Source: an uncultured Chloroflexia bacterium
Lineage (GTDB): Bacteria > Chloroflexota > Limnocylindria > Limnocylindrales > CSP1-4
Direction: 5' to 3'
NCBI GenBank assembly: GCA_963813535.1
Contig: CAWEZH010000002.1
Coordinates: 320,001 to 384,000, forward strand
Length of the DNA stretch: 64,000 bases
Made by a program: the position numbers and the translations under genes
The notes under the pieces: generated by a model
What the model was told of the DNA's origin: nothing
Seen by the model: the letters and a program-made list of their open reading frames with translations, nothing else
Database searches by the model: none
Shown: one piece after another, positions 27,189-37,795 of the stretch
Position numbering within the stretch: the first letter of the stretch is position 1
Layout of the letters: every line of letters starts with the position of its first letter

Positions 27189-28946
27189 ATGCAACAGAAA
27201 CGTCTCCTCGCCCTCGTCGGCGCGGTCGCGATCTTCGCGTCCGCGTGCGGCGGCACGACGGCGACACCGGTTCCCGCCAGCCAGGCGCCCGGCGAGTCGG
27301 CCGCCCCATCGGCCTCGGCGGCCGCGGATCTTGCAGACGAGCAGATCATCCGATGGCCCCTCGTCCAGGATCCGGCCACTCTCGATCCCACCATGGCCCA
27401 GGACTCCCAGTCCACGGCTGTCCTGACGTCGGTCCAGCGCGGCCTGGTCTACATCGACAAGGATCTGAACCTGGTGCCGGGCTTGGCCGAGTCATGGGAC
27501 ATCTCGGCGGATGCCAAGACCATCACCTTCCACCTCAAGGACGCCAAGTACAGCAACGGCGATCCGATCGTCGCGGCTGATCTGGTGTACAGCTGGAAGC
27601 GGTTGGTCGACCCACGCACGGCGGCCCCATACAACTACGTCATGGCCGAGGTCGTGGGTGGCCAGGACCTGCTCGACATGGCCGGCGCCGAACCCGCCGC
27701 GACAGATGCGGCCGTGGATGCCGCGCTCGAGAAGTTCGGCGTCGCAGCGCCGGATGAGAAGACGTTCGTCGTCACGCTCTCCATTCCGGCGACCTATTTC
27801 CTGAGCGTCGCGACGATGTGGGTCACGGTCCCGATCCAGGAGAAGTGGATCACCTCCGAAGGTGCCACGGAGACCGGCAACTATGTGGGTTCCGGGCCGT
27901 TCACCGTGGAGAGTTGGGACCACAACGCGCAGATCGTGCTGAAGCCCAACCCGAATTGGTACGGCGAGAAGCCGACGCTGACCGAGATCCAGATGCCGAT
28001 CTTCGCCGAGCTCGCAGAAGCACAACGTGCGTATGAGGCCGACGAGGTCGATTCCGTCTACCCGATCCCGGACGAGGACATCGCGCGGATCAGGGACGAT
28101 CCGGCGTTCACCGACCAGTACTCGGTGATCCCCACGCTCGGGATCGCGCACTACGATTACAACAACGGCGTCGATCCCTCAGGTGAGGGCAAGCTCGCCC
28201 GTTGTCCGGACGAAAAGACCTGCCCGACCGTCAACAAGGACTTCCGGATCGCGTTGACCCAGGCGATCGACAAGCAGGCGTTCATCGATGCCACCTTCTC
28301 CGGGATCGGCACGGTGGCCAATAGCTTCGTGATGCCGGGCCTTCCTGGCTATGACGAGACCATCGATCCATATCCCTTCAACCTCGATGAAGCCAAGGCA
28401 CACATGGACACCGCCTTGGCGGCGATGGGCTACGCCAGTGCCGCGGACATCCCAGCACTGAAGTTCGGCTTCAACACGGGCGCCGGTCACGAGCCGCGCG
28501 TCGCATTCCTCGCGGAGGCCTGGAGCCAGGCATTCGGTCTCAAGACCGAACAGATCGGCAGCGAGTTCAGCGTCTTCCTCACCCAGCGGACCGCCGGCGA
28601 GTACGACATCGCCCGGGATGCATGGGGTGCCGACTACCCGCACGCCAACAACCAGCTCAGCGGCAACTTCACCTGCGGTGGAGGAAACAACAACAGCCAG
28701 TACTGCAACCCAGCCTTTGACGCGCTCCTCCTCGAGGCGGCAAGCGAGGCTGATCCGGCGAAGCAGGAAGACCTGTACAAGCAGGCGGGGAAGATCCTCG
28801 CGGACGATGCGGCAGACCTACCGCTCCTGTACAGGGACTTCGCGACGGTCCTCAAGCCCTATGTGGACGGGGAGATCATCACGCCGATCGACCACAACAA
28901 CCCCGGCGACAAATTCGCCGAGACCATCAAGATCCTGAAGCACTAG
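27189..28946 (+). CDS. oppA: Oligopeptide ABC transporter substrate-binding lipoprotein (family 5, canonical domain order)
   Basis: Lipobox FASAC; DPATLDP, PGLAESW, YSNGDP, GSGPF, WGADY. Confidence 0.9.
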   Translation: MQQKRLLALVGAVAIFASACGGTTATPVPASQAPGESAAPSASAAADLADEQIIRWPLVQDPATLDPTMAQDSQSTAVLTSVQRGLVYIDKDLNLVPGLAESWDISADAKTITFHLKDAKYSNGDPIVAADLVYSWKRLVDPRTAAPYNYVMAEVVGGQDLLDMAGAEPAATDAAVDAALEKFGVAAPDEKTFVVTLSIPATYFLSVATMWVTVPIQEKWITSEGATETGNYVGSGPFTVESWDHNAQIVLKPNPNWYGEKPTLTEIQMPIFAELAEAQRAYEADEVDSVYPIPDEDIARIRDDPAFTDQYSVIPTLGIAHYDYNNGVDPSGEGKLARCPDEKTCPTVNKDFRIALTQAIDKQAFIDATFSGIGTVANSFVMPGLPGYDETIDPYPFNLDEAKAHMDTALAAMGYASAADIPALKFGFNTGAGHEPRVAFLAEAWSQAFGLKTEQIGSEFSVFLTQRTAGEYDIARDAWGADYPHANNQLSGNFTCGGGNNNSQYCNPAFDALLLEAASEADPAKQEDLYKQAGKILADDAADLPLLYRDFATVLKPYVDGEIITPIDHNNPGDKFAETIKILKH

Positions 28947-28965
28947 TCGTCAACGACGACCAACC

Positions 28966-28995
28966 GATGGGCCGGTCCTCAGGGGCCGGCTCATC
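28966..28995 (+). terminator. Stem-loop after oppA (mRNA stabiliser or attenuating terminator)
   Basis: GATGGGCCGGTCC...GGGCCGGCTCATC inverted repeat, no U-tract. Confidence 0.5.
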
Positions 28996-29045
28996 GTCCA
29001 TCGACAGAGCGAACGTGAAGGCACGAGAAGACTGCGAGTGAGCCT

Positions 29046-29963
29046 GTGATCACCTACCTCACCCGGCGGATCCTCTGGATCATCCCGGTCCTGTTCGCAG
29101 TCTCGGTCATCACCTTCTTCCTGATGCACTCGGTCCCGGGCGGGCCGTGGGACGCTGAGAAACGTCTGCCGGCGGGTGTCCAGGCACGCCTCAACGCCCA
29201 ATACGGGCTCGACAAGCCCCTCTACGAGCAATATGTCCAGTGGGCGGGCGGATTCGTCACGGGGGACCTCGGACCGTCGTATCGGTCCAGGGACCGGCGG
29301 GTCAATGACATCATCGCCGACGGGATCGGCAACACGGTCCAGCTGGGCATCATGGCCTTCACGCTCTCCGTCGTCGTAGGGATCCCGCTCGGCGTCCTCG
29401 CCGCCCTCGGCCACAACCGCTGGCCGGACTACCTGTCGACCTCGATTTCGATCATCGGCATCGCCACGCCGAGCTTCGTCCTGGCGATCCTGCTGATCGT
29501 GGTGTTCAGCGTCGAACTCGGCTGGTTCCCGACCGGCGGCTGGAAAGGCCCGCAGTACTGGGTCCTGCCGACGATCGCCTTGGCTGGCTTCCCGATCGCG
29601 GTCATCGCGCGCTATACGCGCGCCTCGATGCTCGAGGTGACGCGCAAGGACTACATCCGGACGGCCCAGAGCAAGGGCCTGGGCAACCGGTCGGTCGTGT
29701 CACGTCACATGATCCGCAACGCCCTGATCCCGGTCGTCACGATCATGGGCCCGACCCTCGCATTCCTGGTCACCGGCTCATTCATCATCGAGACGATCTT
29801 CAGCGTACCGGGGATCGGTCGTTTCTACGTCTCGGCGATCAGCACTCGCGACTACAGCCTCCTGATGGCGATGACGCTGCTGTATGCGTTCGCGGTCGCC
29901 TTCCTCAACGTGGTCGTCGACGTCTTGTACGCCTACATCGACCCACGCATCCGGTATAGCTAG
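29046..29963 (+). CDS. oppB: Oligopeptide ABC permease
   Basis: YGLDKPL..QY, GDLGPS, DYIRTA.SKGL, DPRIRY. Confidence 0.92.
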   Translation: MITYLTRRILWIIPVLFAVSVITFFLMHSVPGGPWDAEKRLPAGVQARLNAQYGLDKPLYEQYVQWAGGFVTGDLGPSYRSRDRRVNDIIADGIGNTVQLGIMAFTLSVVVGIPLGVLAALGHNRWPDYLSTSISIIGIATPSFVLAILLIVVFSVELGWFPTGGWKGPQYWVLPTIALAGFPIAVIARYTRASMLEVTRKDYIRTAQSKGLGNRSVVSRHMIRNALIPVVTIMGPTLAFLVTGSFIIETIFSVPGIGRFYVSAISTRDYSLLMAMTLLYAFAVAFLNVVVDVLYAYIDPRIRYS

Positions 29964-29972
29964 GAGCGGACG

Positions 29973-30914
29973 ATGGCAACGCAAACCGTCGTCGAGGGTC
30001 GCACCGCTCGACCGCGCGCCACCGCCGGCCTGTGGAGCGACGCGTGGGGCCGCCTGCGCAGGAATCGGCTCGCCGTCGTCGGTCTGATCCTCGTCCTCTG
30101 GTTGCTGTTCGTCGGCATCTTCGGGCCGCTCATCGCGCCGTACCCGTACTCGCAGCAAGATCTGAAAGCCGTCTTCGCGGCGGGTGGCGGCCCGTTGCCG
30201 CCGCTGAGTCCCGGGCACATCCTCGGGACGGATCAGCTGGGTCGCGATCTCCTCAGCCGCCTACTCGACGGCGCGCGGATCAGCGTCACCGTGGCCCTCG
30301 TCGTGCAGGTCGTCATCCTCGGGATCGGTGTTCCGATCGGTGCCCTCGCTGGTTGGTTCGGCGGTCGCCTCGACAACATCCTGATGCGGTTCACGGACAT
30401 CATCTATGCCTTTCCCGACCTGCTGTTCATCATCCTGCTGTCGGTCGCCTTCCGGGAGACGGTCTTCGGGCAGGCGCTCGACGGCCTGTTGCTGGTGTTC
30501 GTCGCCATCGGCCTGACATCGTGGGTCACGGTGGCCCGGCTCGTCCGTGGACAGTTGCTCGCGCTCAAGGAAACGGAGTTCGTCGAGGCGGCGAGAGCGA
30601 TCGGCGTGTCGGATCGCAGGATCGTCACCAAGCACCTGCTGCCGAACGGCATGGGCCCGATCATCGTGGCCGTGACCCTCGGGATCCCGGCCGCGATCCT
30701 CGCCGAGGCGACGCTGGCGTACATCGGCGTCGGAGTCCAGCCGCCGCGGGCGTCGTGGGGCAGCCTCATCGCCGAGGGCCAGAAGTACATGCGCTCGGAG
30801 CCGTTCCTCGTGTTCTTCCCGGCCGTGGCCATCGCCCTCGCGCTGATCGGCTTCACCTTCCTGGGTGACGGGCTGCGCGACGCGCTCGATCCGAAGCTGA
30901 AGGGAAAGCAGTAG
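29973..30914 (+). CDS. oppC: Oligopeptide ABC permease
   Basis: HILGTDQLGRD, EFVEAARAIG (EAA loop), [10 protein letters not shown]. Confidence 0.92.
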   Translation: MATQTVVEGRTARPRATAGLWSDAWGRLRRNRLAVVGLILVLWLLFVGIFGPLIAPYPYSQQDLKAVFAAGGGPLPPLSPGHILGTDQLGRDLLSRLLDGARISVTVALVVQVVILGIGVPIGALAGWFGGRLDNILMRFTDIIYAFPDLLFIILLSVAFRETVFGQALDGLLLVFVAIGLTSWVTVARLVRGQLLALKETEFVEAARAIGVSDRRIVTKHLLPNGMGPIIVAVTLGIPAAILAEATLAYIGVGVQPPRASWGSLIAEGQKYMRSEPFLVFFPAVAIALALIGFTFLGDGLRDALDPKLKGKQ

Positions 30915-32024
30915 GTGGCGACGGTCGACGACACCACCATGGACCCCGACGCACCGACCATCATCGAGGTGTCACCGGACGACGCACGCAAGGTCCAGGC
31001 ACCGCCGGAGCCAGCTGCCGCGAAGGACCGCAAGGCCGACAACCTCCTGACAGTGACCGGGCTGTCCACCCACTTCTTCACGCCAGAGGGTGTCGTCCAC
31101 GCGGTCGACGACGTCAGCTTCGAGCTGGGCTACGGCGAAACGCTTGGGCTCGTTGGTGAGTCGGGCTGCGGCAAGAGCGTTACGGCGCTGTCGATCGCCC
31201 GGCTCGTCCCGGACCCGCCCGGACGGATCGTCAGCGGTGAGATCGTCTTTGACGGGATCGACGTCCTCAAGATGAACGAGACCGACATGCGACACCTCCG
31301 CGGCAAGGAGATCGGCTTCATCTTCCAGGACCCGCTCACCAGCCTGAACCCGACGTTGACCATCGGCTACCAGATCTCCGAGTCGATCCGCCTGCACATG
31401 GGCCTGTCCCAGAAGGCCTCACTCGAGCGCGTTGCGGAGCTCCTCGGGAAGGTCGGCATCCCACGGGCCAAGGACCGGCTGAACGACTATCCGCACCAGT
31501 TCTCGGGCGGCATGCGTCAGCGCGTGATGATCGCTATCGCACTATCGTGCGACCCGAAACTGATCCTCGCGGACGAGCCGACCACGGCCCTCGACGTCAC
31601 CATCCAGGCGCAGATCCTCGAGCTCATCCAGCGGCTGTCCGATGAGTTTCACACCGCCGTGCTGATGATCACCCACGACCTCGGCATCGCGGCCGGCATG
31701 TGCGATCGCGTCAATGTGATGTATGCCGGTCGGATCGTCGAGACCGGAACGGTCGACGAGCTCTTCGAGAAGCCCCGCATGCCGTACTCCTGGGGCCTGC
31801 TCGACTCGCTCCCGCGGCTCGACGACATCCGAGGTGACCGGCTCCGGACGATCGAGGGGCTGCCGCCATTCCTGGTCGACCCGCCGGATGCGTGCCGGTT
31901 CGAGCCGCGCTGCCGCTTCGCACGAGATACGTGTCGCACGAAGGAGCCGGAGCTGACCCGCCGCGGGGAGACCCGCCACCTCGCCCGCTGCTGGGCGACG
32001 CAACCCGACGGGTGGATCGCATGA
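30915..32024 (+). CDS. oppD: Oligopeptide ABC ATPase
   Basis: [25 protein letters not shown]-terminal Cys motif. Confidence 0.92.
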   Translation: MATVDDTTMDPDAPTIIEVSPDDARKVQAPPEPAAAKDRKADNLLTVTGLSTHFFTPEGVVHAVDDVSFELGYGETLGLVGESGCGKSVTALSIARLVPDPPGRIVSGEIVFDGIDVLKMNETDMRHLRGKEIGFIFQDPLTSLNPTLTIGYQISESIRLHMGLSQKASLERVAELLGKVGIPRAKDRLNDYPHQFSGGMRQRVMIAIALSCDPKLILADEPTTALDVTIQAQILELIQRLSDEFHTAVLMITHDLGIAAGMCDRVNVMYAGRIVETGTVDELFEKPRMPYSWGLLDSLPRLDDIRGDRLRTIEGLPPFLVDPPDACRFEPRCRFARDTCRTKEPELTRRGETRHLARCWATQPDGWIA

Positions 32025-33274
32025 CCGTCACGCTCCCTGAAGCTGGGACCGCATTCGCCGAACCACAGCAGAACCTCGTCGAAGTCGAGGACCTCAAGGT
32101 CCACTTCCCGATCCGGTCGGGCATCTTCCAGACCGAGGTCGGGACCGTCAAGGCCGTGGACGGCATCAGCTTCGAGGTGCGCAGGGGCGAGACACTCGGG
32201 CTGGTCGGTGAGTCCGGCTGCGGCAAGAGCACGACCGGGCGGGCGATGATCCGCCTGCGCGAGCCGACGGAGGGCGTGGTCCGCTTCGACGGGATCGACC
32301 TCGGCAGCCTGAAGAGTGAACAGTTGCGGCGGATGCGCCGGCGGATGCAGATCATCTTCCAGGACCCGTACGGGTCACTCGACCCGCGGATGACGGTCGG
32401 CTCGATCATCAGCGAGCCGATCGACACCCACAACCTGGCGAAGGGCGCGGCGCGCAAGGAACGCGTGGCGGACCTGCTGCGGATCGTCGGGCTCGACCCG
32501 CAGTACATCAGTCGCTATCCACACGAGTTCAGTGGCGGCCAGCGTCAGCGCATCGGCGTCGCGCGGGCGCTCGCGGTCGAGCCGGAATTCATCGTCTGTG
32601 ACGAGCCGATCTCGGCGCTCGATGTCTCGATCCAGGCACAGGTCCTCAACCTGCTCACGGACCTGCGTGAGCAGCTCGGTCTGACCTACCTGTTCATCGC
32701 CCACGACCTGTCGGTCGTCAAGCACATCAGCGACCGGGTGGCTGTGATGTATCTCGGCAAGATCGTCGAGATCGGGCCGCCCGACATCATGTACCCCGAC
32801 CCAGGCCACCCGTATACCCGCGCGCTCTTGTCGGCCGTGCCTGTTCCGGATCCCGTGCTCGAGCGGAAGCGCAAGCGGGTGATCCTCACCGGTGACGTGC
32901 CGAGTCCGGTCAACCCGCCAGAGGGCTGTCGCTTCCACACGCGCTGCTGGCTCTACGAGCGACTCGGCAAGCCGGAGGCATGCCGGACGATCGACCCGCC
33001 GATCAAGGTGCTCCAGGGCGACCACGGCGCGGCGTGCCATTTCGCGGAAGAGGCGCAGGCGTCGGACGTGGGTGTGTCGCATATCGAGATGAGCCCGGTG
33101 CGGCGTGGTACGCCAGAGTCGGCGTTGGCAACGATCCGACCGCAGGACGGCGGTGCCCAGTCCGAGGCGCAGACCGTCGACGTGGCGGAAACCGTGATCG
33201 GTGGACCGCCGATCCACGGCACCGACGCGACGGATGGGTCGGACGAGGCGACACCACCCGGGACCTCCGCCTAG
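32021..33274 (+). CDS. oppF: Oligopeptide ABC ATPase
   Basis: [37 protein letters not shown]. Confidence 0.92.
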   Translation: MTVTLPEAGTAFAEPQQNLVEVEDLKVHFPIRSGIFQTEVGTVKAVDGISFEVRRGETLGLVGESGCGKSTTGRAMIRLREPTEGVVRFDGIDLGSLKSEQLRRMRRRMQIIFQDPYGSLDPRMTVGSIISEPIDTHNLAKGAARKERVADLLRIVGLDPQYISRYPHEFSGGQRQRIGVARALAVEPEFIVCDEPISALDVSIQAQVLNLLTDLREQLGLTYLFIAHDLSVVKHISDRVAVMYLGKIVEIGPPDIMYPDPGHPYTRALLSAVPVPDPVLERKRKRVILTGDVPSPVNPPEGCRFHTRCWLYERLGKPEACRTIDPPIKVLQGDHGAACHFAEEAQASDVGVSHIEMSPVRRGTPESALATIRPQDGGAQSEAQTVDVAETVIGGPPIHGTDATDGSDEATPPGTSA

Positions 33275-33304
33275 GCGAGCAAGCCGCTTCGCCGGCCTTC
33301 GGGA

Positions 33305-34399
33305 CTAACCCGGCGCGATCGTGGCCTCGGTCGGGACGGCGCCCACGCCGCCTGGGGCGCGCGGCCCCCGGAAATGACACGCGGCCAGGTGGCCGCCGCC
33401 GACGTCGTTGAGCGGCGGATCATCCGTGGCGCAGATGCTTGGATCCCCGAGCGTCTTGCGCAGCGGGCAGCGCGGGTGGAACCGACAGCCCGACGGGGGA
33501 TTCACCGGACTCGGGACATCACCCGTCAGGATCACCCGCTGCCGCCGGATCTCCGGATCGGGCACCGGGATGGCCGACATCAGGGCCACCGTGTACGGGT
33601 GCTCCTGTTGGCGGAACAGCTCGATGCGGTCGGCGAGCTCGGCGATGCGGCCCAGGTACATGACCGCGACGCGATCGCTGATGTGCTCGACGACACCCAT
33701 GTTGTGCGCCACGAACACGTACGTCAGGCCGAGCTCGCGCTGGAGCGACTTGAGCAGATTGAGGACCTGGGCCTGGATCGACACGTCGAGCGCTGAGACG
33801 GGCTCGTCGCACACGACCAGGTCGGGTTCGAGCACCAGCGCCCGGGCGATGCCGATGCGCTGGCGTTGGCCACCGGAGAACTCGTGCGGATAGCGACGGC
33901 CGTGGTACGGCTGCAGCCCGACCATGTCCATCATCTTGGCGACCTTGGCCCGGCGCTCCGTTGCGCTGCCGATACCGTGGATCCGGAGACCCTCGCCGAT
34001 GCTGTCGCCGATGGGCGTCCTGGGATCGAGACTGGCGTACGGGTCCTGGAAGATGATCTGCATCCGCCGCCGGTACGCCTTCAGGTCGGCGCCCTTCATC
34101 GTCGTGATGTCCCGGCCGTCGAAGCGGATCGAGCCCGACGTCGGCTCGATCAGGCGAAGCAGGAGCCGCCCGACCGTCGTCTTGCCGCAACCCGACTCGC
34201 CCACGAGACCGAGCGTCTCGCCACGCGTGATGTCGAAGCTGACGCCATCCACGGCCTGGACGACCGCCACGGTCCGCTGGAGGACCCCGCCACGGACCGG
34301 GAAATGCTTGACGAGGTCGCGCACCTCGACGAGCGGCACCGAGCCGTTCCCGCCCTCCATGCGCGGCTCGACGGTCGTCGTCGCGGGCGGTGCCGTCAT
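33305..34399 (-). CDS. Dipeptide/oligopeptide ABC ATPase (DppF/OppF-like)
   Basis: [33 protein letters not shown]. Confidence 0.92.
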   Translation of the reverse strand: MTAPPATTTVEPRMEGGNGSVPLVEVRDLVKHFPVRGGVLQRTVAVVQAVDGVSFDITRGETLGLVGESGCGKTTVGRLLLRLIEPTSGSIRFDGRDITTMKGADLKAYRRRMQIIFQDPYASLDPRTPIGDSIGEGLRIHGIGSATERRAKVAKMMDMVGLQPYHGRRYPHEFSGGQRQRIGIARALVLEPDLVVCDEPVSALDVSIQAQVLNLLKSLQRELGLTYVFVAHNMGVVEHISDRVAVMYLGRIAELADRIELFRQQEHPYTVALMSAIPVPDPEIRRQRVILTGDVPSPVNPPSGCRFHPRCPLRKTLGDPSICATDDPPLNDVGGGHLAACHFRGPRAPGGVGAVPTEATIAPG

Positions 34400-35577
34400 G
34401 CCTTCGTTCCCACGCCGGGTTCGTCGCGCGGCATGAGGTTGCCCGCCGCATCGTGGTACACCCAGCACCGGACGTCGTGGCCGGGCGCGACCGGCAGCAG
34501 CTCGGGATGGACCTCAGTCGCGAGCGTGACCTCCTCCTCGATCCGGGTCAGGCAGCGCGGCGCGAACCGGCAGCCCTTCGGCAGGTCGATGAGGTTCGGG
34601 ACGTTGCCCGGGATGACCGACAGGCTGTCCTTCACCTCGCCGACCACCGGGATCGAGCCGATCAGGCCGCGGGTGTAGGGGTGGAGCGGCCGCCGGAACA
34701 GGGTCGTCACGTCCGTCTGTTCGACGATCTCCCCGGCATACATGACCGCCACGCGGTCGCACATCTCGGCGACGACGCCCAGGTCGTGGGTGATGAGGAT
34801 GATCGCCGTCCCGGTCTCGTCGCGCAGGTTCCGCATCAGGTCGAGGATCTGGGCCTGGATCGTGACGTCCAACGCGGTGGTGGGCTCGTCCGCGATGAGC
34901 AGCTCGGGCTCGCACGCCAGCGCCATCGCGATCATCACGCGTTGGGCCATGCCACCCGACATCTCGTGCGGATAGGCATCAAGGCGGCGAGCCGGATCCG
35001 GGATACCCACCATCCGGAGGAGCTCCAGCGCCCGCTCGCGCGCGGCGCCCTTCTTCATACCGCGGTGGATCTCGAGCACCTCGGCGATCTGCTTGCCGAC
35101 GTCCCAGACCGGATTCAGCGAGGACTGCGGTTGCTGGAAGATCATGCTGATCCGGTCGCCGCGGATCCGCTGCATGTTCTTGTCGGACAGCTTGAGCAGA
35201 TCCAGATCGTCGAACACCACCTCGCCCGCCTCGATGCGGCCCGGATTGGCCACGAGCCGCATGATCGACAGGCTGGTCACGCTCTTGCCGCAGCCGGACT
35301 CGCCGACGAGGCCCATGATCTCGCCGCGGTCGACGTGGAAGTCGATGCCGTCCACGGCCCGGACGACGCCGTCGCGCGTGTAAAAGGACGTTCGCAGGCC
35401 CTTCACATCGAGGAGCGGTCGCTGGCCACGCTCGTGCCTGGGCCGCCGGCGCGACGCCGGGATGAGCTCCTCGATGACGTTCCCCTCGACCGACGGATCG
35501 AGCAGCGTGTCGCTCGTGACGCTGGCGGTGTCGCTCGCCTCGGTCGGTGGCTCGACCGTCGTCAGCTCGTCGGTCAC
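34396..35577 (-). CDS. Dipeptide/oligopeptide ABC ATPase (DppD/OppD-like)
   Basis: [28 protein letters not shown]; GTGA overlap with the upstream permease. Confidence 0.92.
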   Translation of the reverse strand: MTDELTTVEPPTEASDTASVTSDTLLDPSVEGNVIEELIPASRRRPRHERGQRPLLDVKGLRTSFYTRDGVVRAVDGIDFHVDRGEIMGLVGESGCGKSVTSLSIMRLVANPGRIEAGEVVFDDLDLLKLSDKNMQRIRGDRISMIFQQPQSSLNPVWDVGKQIAEVLEIHRGMKKGAARERALELLRMVGIPDPARRLDAYPHEMSGGMAQRVMIAMALACEPELLIADEPTTALDVTIQAQILDLMRNLRDETGTAIILITHDLGVVAEMCDRVAVMYAGEIVEQTDVTTLFRRPLHPYTRGLIGSIPVVGEVKDSLSVIPGNVPNLIDLPKGCRFAPRCLTRIEEEVTLATEVHPELLPVAPGHDVRCWVYHDAAGNLMPRDEPGVGTKA

Positions 35578-36536
35578 CGGTTGAGCCTCGGATCGAGCGC
35601 GTCGCGCAGGCCATCGCCCAGGAGGTTGAAACCCAGCACCGTCAGCGTGATGGCCAGGCCCGGCGCCAGGATGATGTGCGGCGCCGTGAACAGCTGGTTG
35701 CGCTCGAAGCCGATCATCGAGCCCCATTCGGGGTTGCTCAGATCGCCAGTCACGCCGACGAATGCGAGGGCTGCGATCTCGAGGACCGCGGCGCCGATAC
35801 CGAGGGTGCCCTGCACGATGAGCGGCGTGATCGAGTTCGGCAGGATGCGTCGACCCAGGATGCCGAGTGACGACTCGCCCAGAGCGCGTGACGCCGTGAC
35901 GAAGTCGCTCTCGCGCGTCGACAGGACCGCGGAACGCGCGACGCGCGCGTAGATCGGGATCGACACGATGGCGATGGCGACCAGGGCATTCACGAGGCTT
36001 CGGCCTGCGGCGGTCACGATCGCGATCGCGAGCAGGAGTGACGGGAACGCCAGGATGACGTCCATGAAGCGCATCAGGACGTTATCCGTCCACCCGCTGA
36101 CGTAGCCAGCGAACGCGCCGATGGTCGTCCCCACGATGATCGCGAAGGCGATGGCCGCGAACCCGATGGTCAGCGACGTGCGCGTTCCGAAGAGCACGCG
36201 GCTGTAGACGTCACGGAAGTTCCCGTCGGTCCCAAAGAAGTGCTGGGGCTCGTCCGCCGGGCAGCCAAGAGCGTGGATGCACGGAGCGGAGCGCTTCTCG
36301 ACACCCTGCTCCTTGCCGAGGAGGCTTTGGTTGGGGTCGTGTGTCGCGAGGACCGGCGCGAAGACCGCGATGAAGACGAGGAACGTCAGGATGACCAGCC
36401 CGAAGACCGCTGAACGCTGGCGCAGCACACTGCCGAGCGTGTCGCGCCACAGGCTCGCCGGCCGGTTGGCCGTGAGCGTGTCGGCCGCTTGGGCCAGCGG
36501 AGTGAGCGGCGTCAGTTGCGTCTCGGGTGCCGTCAT
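35574..36536 (-). CDS. Dipeptide/oligopeptide ABC permease (DppC-like)
   Basis: [38 protein letters not shown]. Confidence 0.92.
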   Translation of the reverse strand: MTAPETQLTPLTPLAQAADTLTANRPASLWRDTLGSVLRQRSAVFGLVILTFLVFIAVFAPVLATHDPNQSLLGKEQGVEKRSAPCIHALGCPADEPQHFFGTDGNFRDVYSRVLFGTRTSLTIGFAAIAFAIIVGTTIGAFAGYVSGWTDNVLMRFMDVILAFPSLLLAIAIVTAAGRSLVNALVAIAIVSIPIYARVARSAVLSTRESDFVTASRALGESSLGILGRRILPNSITPLIVQGTLGIGAAVLEIAALAFVGVTGDLSNPEWGSMIGFERNQLFTAPHIILAPGLAITLTVLGFNLLGDGLRDALDPRLNR

Positions 36537-37678
36537 CGGTAGCGGATCCGCGGGTCGAGGAACCCGTACGACACGTCGACGACCAGGTTCACCAGGACGT
36601 AGATGACCGCGATGAACAGGGTGAGGCCCTGGATCACGACGTAATCGCGCCCGGTGATCGCCTCGAACATCGTCCGCCCGACGCCGGACAGATTGAACAC
36701 CGTCTCCGTGAGGACGGCGCCCGACAGCAGCAGGCCGAGCTGGAGGCCGATGATGGTCACGACCGGGAGGAGCGCGTTTCGAGCCCCGTGCCGCAGCACC
36801 ACGGCCCGCTCGTTGAGACCCTTTGCTCGCGCAGTCCTCACGAAATCCTGGCCCAGGACCTCGAGCAGGCTTGACCGGGTGATACGGGCGATGATCGCGA
36901 GCGGGATGGTGCCGAGCGCGATCGCCGGCAGGATCAGGTGGCGGAACGAATCGACCCAGGCTCCCCATTGGCCGGTGATCAGGGCGCTGATCGTGTAGAT
37001 CCCGGACAGGAAGTCCAGCAGGCCGCGAGGCAGCCCCTGGAGCTGCTCCAGGCCCCATACCTCGACGAGCGGCTTGACCTCCACTCCTGAACTGAGCCGG
37101 CCCGATGGGGGCAGCGAGAACGGTGTGTCCTTCAGGACGATGGCGAACAGGAATGCCAGCATGAGACCAAGCACGAAGACCGGCATCGATACGCCGAGGT
37201 TGGCGAAGACCATCGATCCGACGTCGACCGGGGAATTGCGGCGGTAGGCCGAAAACAGGCCGAGCGGGACGCCGACCACGGTGGCGAACAGCATCGCCCA
37301 GAGGGTGAGCTCGATGGTGGTGGGCAGGCGTTCCACGAGCAAGACCGCGACCGGGCGAGAGTGCTTGATCGAGGTGCCCAGGTCGCCCCGCGAAAGCTGG
37401 CCGAGATACGCCGTGAACTGGTTGTCGACGAGCGTCGCGGGCACCTCGGTCGCGCGGAACTCCCACGTGCCGCCGGCCTTGAACAGACCGGGCGCGATGG
37501 CCTTGTCGAGACCGTAGCGGCGGATGAAGTCGTTGCACACGGCGTCGGTCGCGCGCTCACCGAGGACTGCGCGGCACGGATCGCCGGGAACGACACGCGC
37601 CAGGATGAACACGACGAACACGATCCCGAGGAGGACCGGGATCGTCACGAGCAGCCGCCGGACGATGAAGCGAGTCAC
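36533..37678 (-). CDS. Dipeptide/oligopeptide ABC permease (DppB-like)
   Basis: PGDP, GDLGTS, HLILPA, DFVRTARAKGL, DPRIRY. Confidence 0.92.
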   Translation of the reverse strand: MTRFIVRRLLVTIPVLLGIVFVVFILARVVPGDPCRAVLGERATDAVCNDFIRRYGLDKAIAPGLFKAGGTWEFRATEVPATLVDNQFTAYLGQLSRGDLGTSIKHSRPVAVLLVERLPTTIELTLWAMLFATVVGVPLGLFSAYRRNSPVDVGSMVFANLGVSMPVFVLGLMLAFLFAIVLKDTPFSLPPSGRLSSGVEVKPLVEVWGLEQLQGLPRGLLDFLSGIYTISALITGQWGAWVDSFRHLILPAIALGTIPLAIIARITRSSLLEVLGQDFVRTARAKGLNERAVVLRHGARNALLPVVTIIGLQLGLLLSGAVLTETVFNLSGVGRTMFEAITGRDYVVIQGLTLFIAVIYVLVNLVVDVSYGFLDPRIRYR

Positions 37679-37737
37679 GTGGCTCGGAAAGCCCTCGAGG
37701 TGCCGCCGCCGGGTAGGGATGCGCCGTCAGGATACGG

Positions 37738-37770
37738 CGAACGGGGGCGCCGTGATGGCGCCCCCGTTCG
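37738..37770 (-). terminator. Perfect stem-loop between the binding-protein gene and the permease gene
   Basis: CGAACGGGGGCGCC-GTGAT-GGCGCCCCCGTTCG (14-bp stem). Confidence 0.65.
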
Positions 37771-37795
37771 GGTGTGCGACGGAGTCGCGGACTGG

